Assembly (NCBI GenBank): GCA_046760145.1
Contig: JBHIDO010000001.1
Span: 947-64,946 of the forward strand
Source: Candidatus Aenigmatarchaeota archaeon
GTDB lineage: Archaea > Aenigmatarchaeota > Aenigmatarchaeia > Aenigmatarchaeales > Aenigmatarchaeaceae
Length of the DNA stretch: 64,000 bases
Reading direction: 5' to 3'
Part shown: positions 1-9,508 of the stretch, one piece after another
Layout of the letters: every line of letters starts with the position of its first letter
Position numbering within the stretch: position 1 is the stretch's first letter
Notes under the pieces: model-generated
Databases searched by the model: none
Told to the model about the DNA's origin: nothing
The model's input: the letters and a program-made list of their open reading frames with translations, nothing else
Made by a program: the position numbers and the translations under genes

Positions 1-391
1 TATTGGAAATCCCCTTAAAGGTGACGATAATATAGGAAATCTCATAATTGATAAACTGATTCTCAAAGATATGATTAAAATCAAGGCAAGAAATACTCCT
101 GAAAATTTCATAGAAAAGCTAAAGGGTTGTGATGAAATAATAATTCTGGATGCTCTAGAGTTTGGAGGTAAGGTTGGTGAGGTAAATATTTTCAAATTAA
201 ATGAAATTAAAGATATTTTTTCAACAACACATAATATACCAATTAATATATTACAAAAATTCTTACCAAATTCAGAAATCAAAATAATAGGAATTCAACC
301 AAAAAACATTAATTTTAGAGAAGGATTGAGTAAAGAATTGAAAGAAGAATTTGAAAATATAGTTAAAAAAGTTTCTAAACTCCTGTTGTAA
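1..391 (+). CDS. hycI: Hydrogenase maturation endopeptidase (HycI-like), 5'-truncated by window edge
   Basis: The frame is open from base 2 (IGNPLKGDDNIG...), giving the GNxxxGDD motif, then ILDA and STHNIP. It lies next to a hydrogenase operon. Confidence 0.85.
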   Translation, partial: IGNPLKGDDNIGNLIIDKLILKDMIKIKARNTPENFIEKLKGCDEIIILDALEFGGKVGEVNIFKLNEIKDIFSTTHNIPINILQKFLPNSEIKIIGIQPKNINFREGLSKELKEEFENIVKKVSKLLL

Positions 392-1283
392 ACTCACTTT
401 TAATTCTAACCACAACATAAGCTCCTGCTAGTATTAATGCAGATCCAAATAACTGTAAAAATGGTGTTGGTTCACCAAAAACAATAACACCAATGATTAG
501 AGAAATAACAGGAGCTAGAAGCAACAATGTGGATGCTTTTGACACATTTATTAATTTTATACTCCAATACCAAAAGAATATATATCCAAATAAAATAGCA
601 ACAGATATACATAAGTTAATCATCTGTTGCATGGTTAAGGCGAGCAACAAACCTAGCTTATACTGAAGTATGAGAACAGCAAATAATATAATTGCCCCAA
701 AAAACATTCTTGCAAATGAGACAACAAGGTTTGATTCTCCTTTGATCATAGCTTTTCTCGCTATTGTATTTTCTATTGCCCATAAAATGGTTGCTCCTAT
801 TACTAACATATCACCTAAAGAAGGATTAAGCCAAAATTCAGATGGACTTATTTTAGCTGAAAAAAGAAGAATTGTTCCTATGAACATGACAGCAAGAGCA
901 TAAACCTGTTTTAGACTGACTTTTTCTTTTAAAAATATGAAAGCAAAAACAGCTATGTAAATGGGTAAAGTTTTATGAAGAAATGCTGCCCTACCTCCTG
1001 TTGTAAGTTTTAAACCTGTAAAGAACATTAAAAATGCAAAGGAACCACCAATTATACCAATTGCTAGAAGATACTTCCAAGGGACTTTTTTAAATTTTTG
1101 GTAATCAAATTTACTTTGAAAAGAAGCGAGTATAAAGAATATAACACCTATGATGAGTGCTCTTATGGCTGTGAAAACAGTAGGATCTAAATCAACAACA
1201 AATATTTTGTTAATTGGAATTGCAATACCACTTACAAAGGCAGTCATTATCGCTAGAAGTGTTCCCAGTGTTTCTTTTTTCAT
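375..1283 (-). CDS. DMT/EamA family transporter
   Basis: About 10 hydrophobic segments in two EamA-like repeats (FLKEK, FGEP), 302 aa. Last gene of the hydrogenase operon. Confidence 0.85.
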   Translation of the reverse strand: MKKETLGTLLAIMTAFVSGIAIPINKIFVVDLDPTVFTAIRALIIGVIFFILASFQSKFDYQKFKKVPWKYLLAIGIIGGSFAFLMFFTGLKLTTGGRAAFLHKTLPIYIAVFAFIFLKEKVSLKQVYALAVMFIGTILLFSAKISPSEFWLNPSLGDMLVIGATILWAIENTIARKAMIKGESNLVVSFARMFFGAIILFAVLILQYKLGLLLALTMQQMINLCISVAILFGYIFFWYWSIKLINVSKASTLLLLAPVISLIIGVIVFGEPTPFLQLFGSALILAGAYVVVRIKSEFTTGV

Positions 1284-1622
1284 TTAATCACTTATAATAA
1301 TATTATTTGCCTTTTTCTTATTTTTATCTGCATATTCAAATTCGTTTGTAAGATCTATTGATTTTGGTTTTGTTGGACAAACATCTTGACATAAACCACA
1401 ATAAACACATAAGCCCATATCAAAGTCAATATTTCCTTTTTTATGAAAATTAACAGCTCCTACTGGACAGTATTTTTCGCAAAGTTTGCAACCTATACAC
1501 CTTTCTGGATAAAATTTTATTCTGCCCCGAAATCTAGAAAAAACCTTTAACTTTTCTTTAGGATATCTTCTAGTAAAAGGTTTTTTAAATAAACTTATTA
1601 TAGCTTCTAATGTAACTCTCAT
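1284..1622 (-). CDS. Group 4 hydrogenase 2x[4Fe-4S] subunit (MbhN/EchF/NuoI-like)
   Basis: CIGCKLCEKYCP and CVYCGLCQDVCP motifs; N-terminal TRRYP...FRG. Confidence 0.9.
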   Translation of the reverse strand: MRVTLEAIISLFKKPFTRRYPKEKLKVFSRFRGRIKFYPERCIGCKLCEKYCPVGAVNFHKKGNIDFDMGLCVYCGLCQDVCPTKPKSIDLTNEFEYADKNKKKANNIIISD

Positions 1623-2461
1623 ATTAATCCCATTATTACAAACTCTAACAATACGAAAAACATTATAACAAAATATACTTTAAATGCTTGGTCTAGTCTG
1701 TATCTTGGTGTTATAACCTGAATTAATGTATAAACAAAAAGGAAAATTAAACTGAAAAGGAAAATTATCAAAATATCTCTTCCAAAAAGAAGTAATGGCA
1801 TTAAAAATACAAAGAACAATCTCTTCATATATTTAGCCATTTCCATAAAAGCTAGTCTATTTCCACTATATTCTGTTGGAGCACCACTTATTATTTCTGG
1901 TGGAGCTTCTGATGTATCAAATGGTGTTATATGAAGTTCCACAAAAAATATAGCTGCTAAAGCAATAGAAGAAATTGGAAGTACTAAAAACATTAATGTT
2001 GATTGAAAATTTGCTAATGATAAAACTCCTGCAGTCATTATGAAATTAAAAATTATTATTGCAATTGTTATTTCATAAACAATCATTAATGTCATTTCTC
2101 TCATAGAACCAATTATTCCAAACGGATTATCAGAAGATAGGCCCGATAAAACATAAAAAGCACTTGCTAAAATTGTAAGATAAATTAAAAATACAAAATC
2201 ATATTCAAACTGAATTAAAGAAAACGGAATAAAAAGAAATAATGAGTATATTGTAACAAAGTAAAGAAATGGGGCTATTTTAAAAAATGGATCATTCTGA
2301 CTTTTATATGATTTTTTGGAAAATAATTTTTTAATATCATAAAATGGCTGCAATATCGGAGGTCCTATTCTGTTTTGAAGTCGTGCATTTAATTTTCTTT
2401 GTAAACCCTCATAAAGTAGTGCAATAAATGGTATAAGTATAAAGAATATTATTTCGTACAT
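1619..2461 (-). CDS. Group 4 hydrogenase membrane subunit (MbhM/EchB/NuoH-like)
   Basis: RKLNARLQNRIGPPILQPFYDIKKLF, PFDxxEA and TEYSG motifs of the NuoH family. Confidence 0.92.
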   Translation of the reverse strand: MYEIIFFILIPFIALLYEGLQRKLNARLQNRIGPPILQPFYDIKKLFSKKSYKSQNDPFFKIAPFLYFVTIYSLFLFIPFSLIQFEYDFVFLIYLTILASAFYVLSGLSSDNPFGIIGSMREMTLMIVYEITIAIIIFNFIMTAGVLSLANFQSTLMFLVLPISSIALAAIFFVELHITPFDTSEAPPEIISGAPTEYSGNRLAFMEMAKYMKRLFFVFLMPLLLFGRDILIIFLFSLIFLFVYTLIQVITPRYRLDQAFKVYFVIMFFVLLEFVIMGLI

Positions 2462-3606
2462 ACATATTTCCTCCTAAATTGTTTTTCAGTTAAATATTCT
2501 TCTTTACCGTCCTTTACTATCATTATTCTTTCTAAACAACTAAAACATGGATCTAAAGAACCAACAACAACTGGTATGTCTCCTATTTCACAACCCTTTA
2601 GAATATGCTCTAAAATTTTAAGATAGGCAAATGTTGGAGTTCTTATTTTTGCTCTTTGAATTTTATTATTTTTGAATTTTAAAAAGTAAAACAATTCTCC
2701 TCTTGGTGCTTCTACTCTGCCTATACCTTCTCCTTCTTTTATAAGAGAAAAATCAAATTTTGGTATTTTTTTATCTGGCAACTTTTCTAAAACTTGATCT
2801 ATTATTTTTATTGATTCTAATATTTCTTTTAATCTAACAAGTGTTCTTGAAAAGGAATCTCCTTTGCTTTCAATTATTTCTTTAAAATATAATTCTTTAT
2901 AGACTTTATAAGGTGGGTCTATTTTTCTTATATCTACTCTTACACCACTTCCTCTAGCATTTGGTCCAACAAGACAAAATTTCTTTGTAATTCTCTTTGA
3001 TATTGCTCCAATATTTTTTAATCTAGCTTTTATAATATGATCAGAATATATTTCTGAAAGATATTTTTTAACTTTATTTTCAACTTGTTTTATTCTTTTT
3101 ATTATAAATTCCTTATCCCTCTTTTTCAAATCATATCTAACTGTTTTTATTTTGTTAAAATTATGATGAACTCTGCCTCCTGTTATTTTTTCAAAAATAT
3201 CAATAATTTTTTCTCTTTCTCTCCAAAAATACATGAAAAGTGTATCATAACCTATTTCATGACTCAATAAACCTAACCAAAGTAAATGACTGTGTATTCT
3301 TTCTAACTCCATCATTAATACTCTAAGTAATTTAACTTTGTAATCAGCATTAAATTTTAAAATACTTTCAACTGTTCTAGTATACGCATTTTCATGTGCT
3401 GCAGAACAAATACCACAAATTCTTTGAGAAATATACAAAGCTGAATCTGGATTTTTTCCTTCTAATATTTTTTCTAAACCTTTATGAGTATAACCTAAAC
3501 GTAAATCAATTTCTTGTATATAATTTCCATCCAGAGTAACTCTTAAGCATGTTGGTTCTTTTAATGCAGGATGTTGTGGACCTATTGGTATTGTAAAGTC
3601 ATGCAT
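2449..3606 (-). CDS. Group 4 [NiFe]-hydrogenase large subunit (MbhL/EchE-like)
   Basis: GPQHPAL, L1 RICGICS, EAPRGE and L2 DPCFSCLER, followed by a cleavable C-terminal extension. Confidence 0.95.
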   Translation of the reverse strand: MHDFTIPIGPQHPALKEPTCLRVTLDGNYIQEIDLRLGYTHKGLEKILEGKNPDSALYISQRICGICSAAHENAYTRTVESILKFNADYKVKLLRVLMMELERIHSHLLWLGLLSHEIGYDTLFMYFWREREKIIDIFEKITGGRVHHNFNKIKTVRYDLKKRDKEFIIKRIKQVENKVKKYLSEIYSDHIIKARLKNIGAISKRITKKFCLVGPNARGSGVRVDIRKIDPPYKVYKELYFKEIIESKGDSFSRTLVRLKEILESIKIIDQVLEKLPDKKIPKFDFSLIKEGEGIGRVEAPRGELFYFLKFKNNKIQRAKIRTPTFAYLKILEHILKGCEIGDIPVVVGSLDPCFSCLERIMIVKDGKEEYLTEKQFRRKYVCTK

Positions 3607-3610
3607 TTTA

Positions 3611-3919
3611 TCACTTTTTTAAAGGTGGTTTTTCTTTCCAATCATCAGCTAAAAATAATTTTAAATGTAATTTAGGATTCCCTTTAAATTCAACACCAAA
3701 GAAATCATGAATCTCTCTTTCAAAGTAATCTGCATTAGGGAATATATCAACAATACTTTCAATAATTGGTTTTATTTTTGGGAGATTAAAAGTTAATTTA
3801 CTTATTTTTCCATTTTTATCAAAAAAATAATTTAATTTGAAATCATTTTCTTGTAAACAAACAATTGAAATTAATCTATGACCTTTTAATTTTTTTACTC
3901 TTTGTTTTATCTTTTTCAT
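3611..3919 (-). CDS. Hydrogenase subunit (MbhK/EchD/NuoC-like)
   Basis: SIVDIFPNADYFEREIHDFFGVEFKGNP motif. Confidence 0.9.
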   Translation of the reverse strand: MKKIKQRVKKLKGHRLISIVCLQENDFKLNYFFDKNGKISKLTFNLPKIKPIIESIVDIFPNADYFEREIHDFFGVEFKGNPKLHLKLFLADDWKEKPPLKK

Positions 3920-4319
3920 TTAATCTACCTAACATTTTTAATATCCCATCAATTATAGCTTCTGGTCTTGGTGGACAGCCTGGAACATACATGTCTACTG
4001 GTATTATTTTATCTACAGGACCAACAAAATTGTATGAATCTTTAAATGGTCCACCTGTTATTGCACAAGAACCAATTGCTATAACTTTTTTATTATCTAC
4101 CATTTGTTTATAAATAGTTTTTAATCTTTCTTTATTCTGACGATTAACAATTCCACTTGTTAACAAAATATCAGCATGTCTTGCACTTGATTTTAAAAGT
4201 ATTCCAAATCTTTCAATATCATATCTTGGAGTTAACAGAGCATATATCTCTAAAATACAACCATTACATCCTCCGACATCAAAATTACAAACCCATGGAG
4301 ATTTTTTTAATTCTTTCAC
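3876..4319 (-). CDS. [NiFe]-hydrogenase small subunit (MbhJ/EchC/NuoB-like)
   Basis: GGCNGC, ERFG...RHAD, IGSC and PGCPPRPE motifs. GTG start at 4319 overlaps the upstream TGA (GTGA), so it is preferred to the track start at 4379. Confidence 0.92.
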   Translation of the reverse strand: MKELKKSPWVCNFDVGGCNGCILEIYALLTPRYDIERFGILLKSSARHADILLTSGIVNRQNKERLKTIYKQMVDNKKVIAIGSCAITGGPFKDSYNFVGPVDKIIPVDMYVPGCPPRPEAIIDGILKMLGRLNEKDKTKSKKIKRS

Positions 4320-4483
4320 AAACCAACACCAGCTATTAAAATCATTGTTGTTAAAATTGCTAAAGTTATCAATAACCATTTTTTATTGAAAAAATGTCCA
4401 TATCTTTTAGGTAATATTATCTTTTCAGGATCTTTTTCCCCACCCATGTAAATATCCATTATATGCTTTTCTTCTTTTTTCAT
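4316..4483 (-). CDS. Small single-TM hydrogenase subunit (MbhI C-terminal-like)
   Basis: 55 aa with a YMGGE motif and a C-terminal TM helix. Translationally coupled on both sides (TAATG and GTGA overlaps). Confidence 0.55.
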   Translation of the reverse strand: MKKEEKHIMDIYMGGEKDPEKIILPKRYGHFFNKKWLLITLAILTTMILIAGVGL

Positions 4484-5358
4484 TAAATCACATTGAATAA
4501 TATAAACCATTGTATTTGTGGAAATATTCCTAAAATTAAACAAAAAAATGCTAATATACCATTAATTAGCGTAACTGGTCTTGGTATAAACTTTTCTTTA
4601 CCTTCTCCAACTAATAAAACATAAACAATTTTATAATACATCACAAACAAAATCAAAGTTGCAAAAATTCCAAATATAGCTATTGCTGGAGCAAGAAAGA
4701 AGCTTGTTGTAAGGAAAATCCATTTAGGAACAAACATATTAAAAACCGGTAAACCGGCTAGAGATAAGCATGCTATAGTTACAAAAATATCATTCCATTT
4801 ATTAGTGAAGTAAGACCCTTTTAATTGATATATGTATGTTTTATTTCTTGCAAATATTCCTATTGCTAGGAATAATACTAAACCTGGAAAAATATAATTA
4901 AAAATTTGAATTGTACCAAGTATTTGTAATTCTCCAAATAATTTAGCAAGAGATAGATCTGCAATTATAAATAATATCTGTATTACTGTTGATAGTAAAA
5001 GAAATTCTTTTAATTTACTCTGAAATATAGCAAATATTGCTAATACAGAAACAAATACTAAAGAAACCAAAGTTATAAAAAAATAAAAATTGAGTTCGAA
5101 GAGAAATAAATTAAAAAAGAACCAAGAAAGTAAAATTGTTGTAAATATGTTAAAGGATATGAATTTTCCAAAACTTATCTTTTTGTAGAAGAATAAAAAG
5201 AATAAAATTAAAATTGCAATATACCAGTAAAAAATTGTTAAAATTGAAAATAAAACCAATAAAGCTAATAAAATTAAATTTTTCTTATCATAAAAGAATG
5301 AATATATTGAAATAGAAATAGTTGCTATCAAAATAAGTGTTATAAATAAAAGCATCAT
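4483..5358 (-). CDS. Short Mrp/NuoN-like antiporter subunit (MbhH-like)
   Basis: Highly hydrophobic, with LKEFLLLST and SLAGLPVFNMFVPKW motifs. First gene of the operon; only 291 aa. Confidence 0.75.
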   Translation of the reverse strand: MMLLFITLILIATISISIYSFFYDKKNLILLALLVLFSILTIFYWYIAILILFFLFFYKKISFGKFISFNIFTTILLSWFFFNLFLFELNFYFFITLVSLVFVSVLAIFAIFQSKLKEFLLLSTVIQILFIIADLSLAKLFGELQILGTIQIFNYIFPGLVLFLAIGIFARNKTYIYQLKGSYFTNKWNDIFVTIACLSLAGLPVFNMFVPKWIFLTTSFFLAPAIAIFGIFATLILFVMYYKIVYVLLVGEGKEKFIPRPVTLINGILAFFCLILGIFPQIQWFILFNVI

Positions 5359-5437
5359 AATTATTTTAAACTCTCTTTCCTTTTATTTCTATCCTAAATT
5401 TACAATATATTTAAATGTAAATAACAAATCATTTCTC

Positions 5438-5641
5438 ATGGACCTACAAAAAGCTCCTGTTGAAAGAATTCTCAAGAAAACAAGAATGAGGGTTAGTAAA
5501 GATGCAGTAGAAGAATTTGCTATTTTATTAGAAGAAATAACAGCTGACATAGCAGCAGAAGCCTGCGCAATTGCGAAAAGAAATAATAGGAAAACTGTTC
5601 TTAAAGAAGATATTTTAGAAGCTAAGAAAAAGCTAGAATGA
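5438..5641 (+). CDS. Archaeal histone (HMf-like)
   Basis: LQKAPVERILK, RVSKDA and RKTVLKEDI histone-fold motifs; 67 aa. Confidence 0.93.
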   Translation: MDLQKAPVERILKKTRMRVSKDAVEEFAILLEEITADIAAEACAIAKRNNRKTVLKEDILEAKKKLE

Positions 5642-5680
5642 TTTCTTATGTATTTAAATACTTTTCAGTAGTAATATGTT

Positions 5681-6166
5681 ATGGTATTTATGAAGATAAT
5701 TGAATATGCGAATCAACTTAAAATTGGTAAAATAAAGCAGAGAACATGGGCTGGAATTATTGATATCAATGAAAAATTTCCAAATGAGTCTAAAACTACT
5801 TTTGGTATAGTTAAACGTTTCGAATACAAAATTGGGTTCACTCCACATTATCCTACTGTTGTTGATGATAATCACATCGAATTTAGTTATCCTAGCCTTG
5901 CAACATATTACTTCAACAACGATGCTCTGGACAAGACAATGGGTGGATTTAGTAATGATTCAGAAATCTTCGATAAATATAACCACTTTGTCCTTAATGT
6001 ACGTAAAGTAGCATCTAAAGAAACATCTAATCTAAAGGAATTTTTAACATTAGCCAGAAGACTCTATGAAAAACCAAAAAGCAAAATCATACCAACAACT
6101 ACGAAAGCTAAATGGGAGAAAGCTATAATTAGTTCTTCGATGGAAACTAATTCTCAAAAACAATAA
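5681..6166 (+). CDS. Hypothetical protein
   Basis: 161-aa ORF filling the gap between histone and rpa; no motif recognised. Confidence 0.55.
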   Translation: MVFMKIIEYANQLKIGKIKQRTWAGIIDINEKFPNESKTTFGIVKRFEYKIGFTPHYPTVVDDNHIEFSYPSLATYYFNNDALDKTMGGFSNDSEIFDKYNHFVLNVRKVASKETSNLKEFLTLARRLYEKPKSKIIPTTTKAKWEKAIISSSMETNSQKQ

Positions 6167-6222
6167 AACTATAACTTCTAGTAGTAAATATAATTTAAAT
6201 CTTTTAGTATCTAATAAAGATT

Positions 6223-7212
6223 ATGAACATAGATGAAATTATTCAAAAAATAATCGAGCACACCGGACTAAATAAAGAGGAGATTGATAAAAAGATTATC
6301 GAAAAACAAAAAGAACTATCAAACTTGGTTTCTAGAGAAGGTGCAACTTATATTATTGCAAAGGAGCTTGGTTTAGAATTATTTCCTAAGGTTAAAAGGA
6401 GATTAGAAATAAAGAACATTATCCCTAAAATAAGAAATTTGAACTTATCTGCAAGAGTTATAAGGGTTTTTGGACCTAAAGGATTTACAACAAAAGAAGG
6501 TAGAAGTGGTAAAGTTGCTAGCATAATTCTAGGAGATTCTACAGGAACAATCAGATTATCTTTATGGGATGAACAAACACATCTCGCAGAAAAAATAACA
6601 CCTGGTATGGCTATTCAGATTTTTAATGGATATACAAGAGATGATAACCTAGGAGGAGTTGAAATAAGATTAAGTAAAAGTGGTGGGATAAAAATTCTAG
6701 AATCTTCTGATCTACCATCTATAGAGAAAATATCAAAACCAACAACTCAAAGAAAGAATATAATCAATTTGAAAGAAGGTGATGAAGCTGAAGTAAGGGC
6801 TGCCTTGGTTCAATTGTTTGAAACAAGAGTTTTTTATGAAATATGTCCTCATTGTGGGAAAAGACTGATAACAACAAATAATACCTTTAAATGTAATCAA
6901 CATGGAAATGTTGACCCTTCTTATGCAATTGTTTTATCTGGAGTAATTGATGATGGTACAGAAAATATTAGGGCTGTTTTCTTTAGAACAGCGGCCTTAC
7001 AATTAATAGGAATGAATATGGAAGATGCATTAAGCAAAAAAGATAGCCTCTTAGAGGATATTGATGTTTTAGGTAAAGAATTTATTTTAACTGGAACAGT
7101 AAGAAGAAATAAAATGTTTAATAGATTAGAATTCGTGGCAAACAGTGTTAGAGAAATTGATGTTACTAACGAGGCAAACAAAATCTTAAATAGTTTAGCT
7201 TCTAATGTTTAA
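6223..7212 (+). CDS. rpa: Replication protein A (OB folds plus zinc finger)
   Basis: N-terminal helical domain, OB fold (GDSTGTIRLSLW), CPHC...C..H zinc finger and DDGTENIRAVFF; directly upstream of radA. Confidence 0.9.
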   Translation: MNIDEIIQKIIEHTGLNKEEIDKKIIEKQKELSNLVSREGATYIIAKELGLELFPKVKRRLEIKNIIPKIRNLNLSARVIRVFGPKGFTTKEGRSGKVASIILGDSTGTIRLSLWDEQTHLAEKITPGMAIQIFNGYTRDDNLGGVEIRLSKSGGIKILESSDLPSIEKISKPTTQRKNIINLKEGDEAEVRAALVQLFETRVFYEICPHCGKRLITTNNTFKCNQHGNVDPSYAIVLSGVIDDGTENIRAVFFRTAALQLIGMNMEDALSKKDSLLEDIDVLGKEFILTGTVRRNKMFNRLEFVANSVREIDVTNEANKILNSLASNV

Positions 7213-7323
7213 ATACTATTTATTTTTGTGATTTTATGAAGAATAGAAAATCAAATTATCTGAATATAATAAAGGAAAATGTGAATAATATCAACTTAAT
7301 GGTTAATTTATAAGGAGATTTTA

Positions 7324-8274
7324 ATGACCGAAATAGCTGATTTACCAGGTGTTGGAGAAAAAACAGGTGAAAAGCTGAAAAAAGCTGGCTATGTTGACAT
7401 GATGGCAATTGCAGCTGCATCACCAATGGAATTAGCAGAAGCTGCAGAAATAGGGGAAGTAACTGCTGCTAAAATAATTAATGCTGCAAGAGAAGTTTTA
7501 AATATTGGTTTTGAGAGCGCATCTCAAGTTATGGAGAGGAGATTAAAAATAGGAAGAATTACAACATGTAGTGAAAATTTGAATGAGTTATTGGGGGGTG
7601 GAGTAGAAACTGCAGCTGTTACAGAATTTCATGGAGCATTTGGTTCTAGTAAAACACAGGTAGCACATCAATTAGCTGTCAACGTCCAATTACCAAAAGA
7701 AAGGGGTGGTTTAGAAGGTGGTTGTTTATTCATAGATGCAGAAGCAACATTCAGACCAGAAAGAATAAAGCAAATGGCTGAGGCTCTTGAATTAGATGTG
7801 GAAAAGGTTTTGAATAATATCACGGTTGGTAGAGTTTATAATTCTGATCATCAAATTATATTGGTCGAAAAGGCAGGAGATATAATTAGAGAAAAAAACG
7901 TTAAATTATTAGTGATTGATTCAGTGACATCATTATTTAGAGCAGATTATTTGGGAAGAGGAACATTAGCTACTAGACAACAAAAACTAAATAGACACTT
8001 ACATACATTACAAAGACTAGGAGATGTTTATAACATTGCGGTTTATATAACAAATCAGGTTATGGCAAGACCAGATATTTTATTCGGAGATCCAACTGCT
8101 CCAATTGGTGGTCATATCATAGGACACTTCTCAACTTATAGGATTTATGTTAGAAAGTCTAAAGGCGATACAAGAATTGCAAGAATGATTGATTCTCCAA
8201 ATCTTCCAGAAGGAGAATGTGTATTTTCTATCAAACCTGAAGGAATTAGAGACCCCAATGGGAAAAAGAGATAA
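7324..8274 (+). CDS. radA: DNA repair and recombination protein RadA
   Basis: N-terminal HhH (DLPGVG), LLGGGVET, Walker [32 protein letters not shown] and PIGGH. Confidence 0.97.
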   Translation: MTEIADLPGVGEKTGEKLKKAGYVDMMAIAAASPMELAEAAEIGEVTAAKIINAAREVLNIGFESASQVMERRLKIGRITTCSENLNELLGGGVETAAVTEFHGAFGSSKTQVAHQLAVNVQLPKERGGLEGGCLFIDAEATFRPERIKQMAEALELDVEKVLNNITVGRVYNSDHQIILVEKAGDIIREKNVKLLVIDSVTSLFRADYLGRGTLATRQQKLNRHLHTLQRLGDVYNIAVYITNQVMARPDILFGDPTAPIGGHIIGHFSTYRIYVRKSKGDTRIARMIDSPNLPEGECVFSIKPEGIRDPNGKKR

Positions 8275-8308
8275 ATATAGAATTAATACTAGATTGTTTA
8301 TGGGAATG

Positions 8309-8566
8309 CTAAACTATATCTTTCTCAGCAATTATTATAAAGTCTCCAACAGACTTTACAGAAGAGAATGGTATTAATAATCTTCCTCTGTCATCTTCTG
8401 ATAATTGCATTTCCAAAGCCTGTTTTGTTGGTTCTGCAATAACTAAATTCATCAATTCTCCTGACTCTGTTATAAACTTAACATCTCCAACAACTCCAAA
8501 CTTTCTTCCTGTTTCTTCAGAAACTATAATCTTACCGACCATATCTTTACCACGCACATTAGCCAC
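8309..8566 (-). CDS. PRC-barrel domain protein (CdpB-like)
   Basis: GKIIVSEETGRKFGVVGDV...ESGEL...LIPFSSVKSVGDFIII pattern; GTG start with an AGGTGA-type RBS. Confidence 0.85.
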   Translation of the reverse strand: MANVRGKDMVGKIIVSEETGRKFGVVGDVKFITESGELMNLVIAEPTKQALEMQLSEDDRGRLLIPFSSVKSVGDFIIIAEKDIV

Positions 8567-8601
8567 AAAATCACCTTTTAATTATTTCACAAAATAAATA
8601 T

Positions 8602-8814
8602 TTAAGCTTTTAATAACGGCTCTTTTTTCTCACAATTTAAACATAAATCAGAAAACCCTACTTCTGTACAAACATCTTTTATTTCTACATTATATCCATC
8701 TATTTTTCTTATCCTTTGCATTGTGACATATTTATCTCTTTTTCTTTCCTTGCTTACTTTATAACATAAAGCATGATAAGGCATTCCTATTTTTTCAATG
8801 GTTGTAATACTCAT
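8602..8814 (-). CDS. Small hypothetical Cys-containing protein
   Basis: 70 aa with HALC...C...CLNC; ATGA overlap with the upstream kinase. Confidence 0.55.
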   Translation of the reverse strand: MSITTIEKIGMPYHALCYKVSKERKRDKYVTMQRIRKIDGYNVEIKDVCTEVGFSDLCLNCEKKEPLLKA

Positions 8815-9359
8815 AACAATCCCTTTATTAATTTTATTAATTTCTTTTCTGTTTGCCTTTTAGTTAATTTAGAATTATTTATTACATAATTAGCCATTTT
8901 TATAATTTTTCCTAAACCATGTGACAATTCTAACTTATCTCTATTTTTTAGATATTTTTTAGATTCTTTTTTTCCAAATCTTTTTCTTTTGATTATTCTT
9001 TTAACTCTCACATTAAAATTGGTTTTTGTTGCAATAATTATTGGTTTTATTTTAGAATATTTTTCTAATAATTTTATTTCTTCTGGTGCCCTACATCCTT
9101 CAATAACTATTATTTTTTTCCTAGATTTTTTGATCTTATCCCATGTTCTTTTTATTATTAATCTTTCTCTTCCTCTTGTATGAAACCAATGAGCAATTTT
9201 AGCATCATTTTCAGGAGTATATTTTAATCCTCTTTTCTTGATCTCATCTCTTATTACATCACCGGTTCTAAATACTTTTCCATTAAAATTCTTTGCAATA
9301 ACATCTGCTGCAAAAGATTTTCCAGAACCAGGCATTCCTACTACAACAAAGATTTTCAT
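8811..9359 (-). CDS. P-loop nucleotide kinase (archaeal dephospho-CoA kinase-like/UPF0200)
   Basis: VVGMPGSGKS, GDVIRDE, IEGCR, RDKLEL..G and ANYVINN. Start taken at MKIFVVVG. Confidence 0.85.
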   Translation of the reverse strand: MKIFVVVGMPGSGKSFAADVIAKNFNGKVFRTGDVIRDEIKKRGLKYTPENDAKIAHWFHTRGRERLIIKRTWDKIKKSRKKIIVIEGCRAPEEIKLLEKYSKIKPIIIATKTNFNVRVKRIIKRKRFGKKESKKYLKNRDKLELSHGLGKIIKMANYVINNSKLTKRQTEKKLIKLIKGLL

Positions 9360-9430
9360 AAAGAATAATTGTAATTCTAGTTTAAATTGATTTTTAGAAA
9401 TCATTAATTCTAAATAATCTTAACATTTTT

Positions 9431-9501
9431 CAAAGCGGAGACACAATCATCATTCCTGTACAACGGCCTGTGCGCATAGACAATGGGACAATCCCAGTCC
9501 C
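9431..9501. ncRNA. Candidate structured ncRNA
   Basis: 37 of 71 intergenic bases are G+C in a very AT-rich background. GGGAC/GTCCC hairpin; AUGAUGA box-C-like motif on the minus strand. Confidence 0.4.
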
Positions 9502-9508
9502 AATAAAT

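Noticed and set aside
1284..5358. Respiratory complex I (nuo) operon
   Set aside because: The large subunit keeps both Ni-binding CxxC motifs and a cleavable tail, and a maturation protease is adjacent, so this is a hydrogenase.
7235..7312. 25-aa ORF between rpa and radA
   Set aside because: Very short and AT-rich, with no motif; it cannot be told apart from chance.
9431..9501. tRNA or tRNA half
   Set aside because: No T-loop GTTC motif or cloverleaf could be built on either strand.
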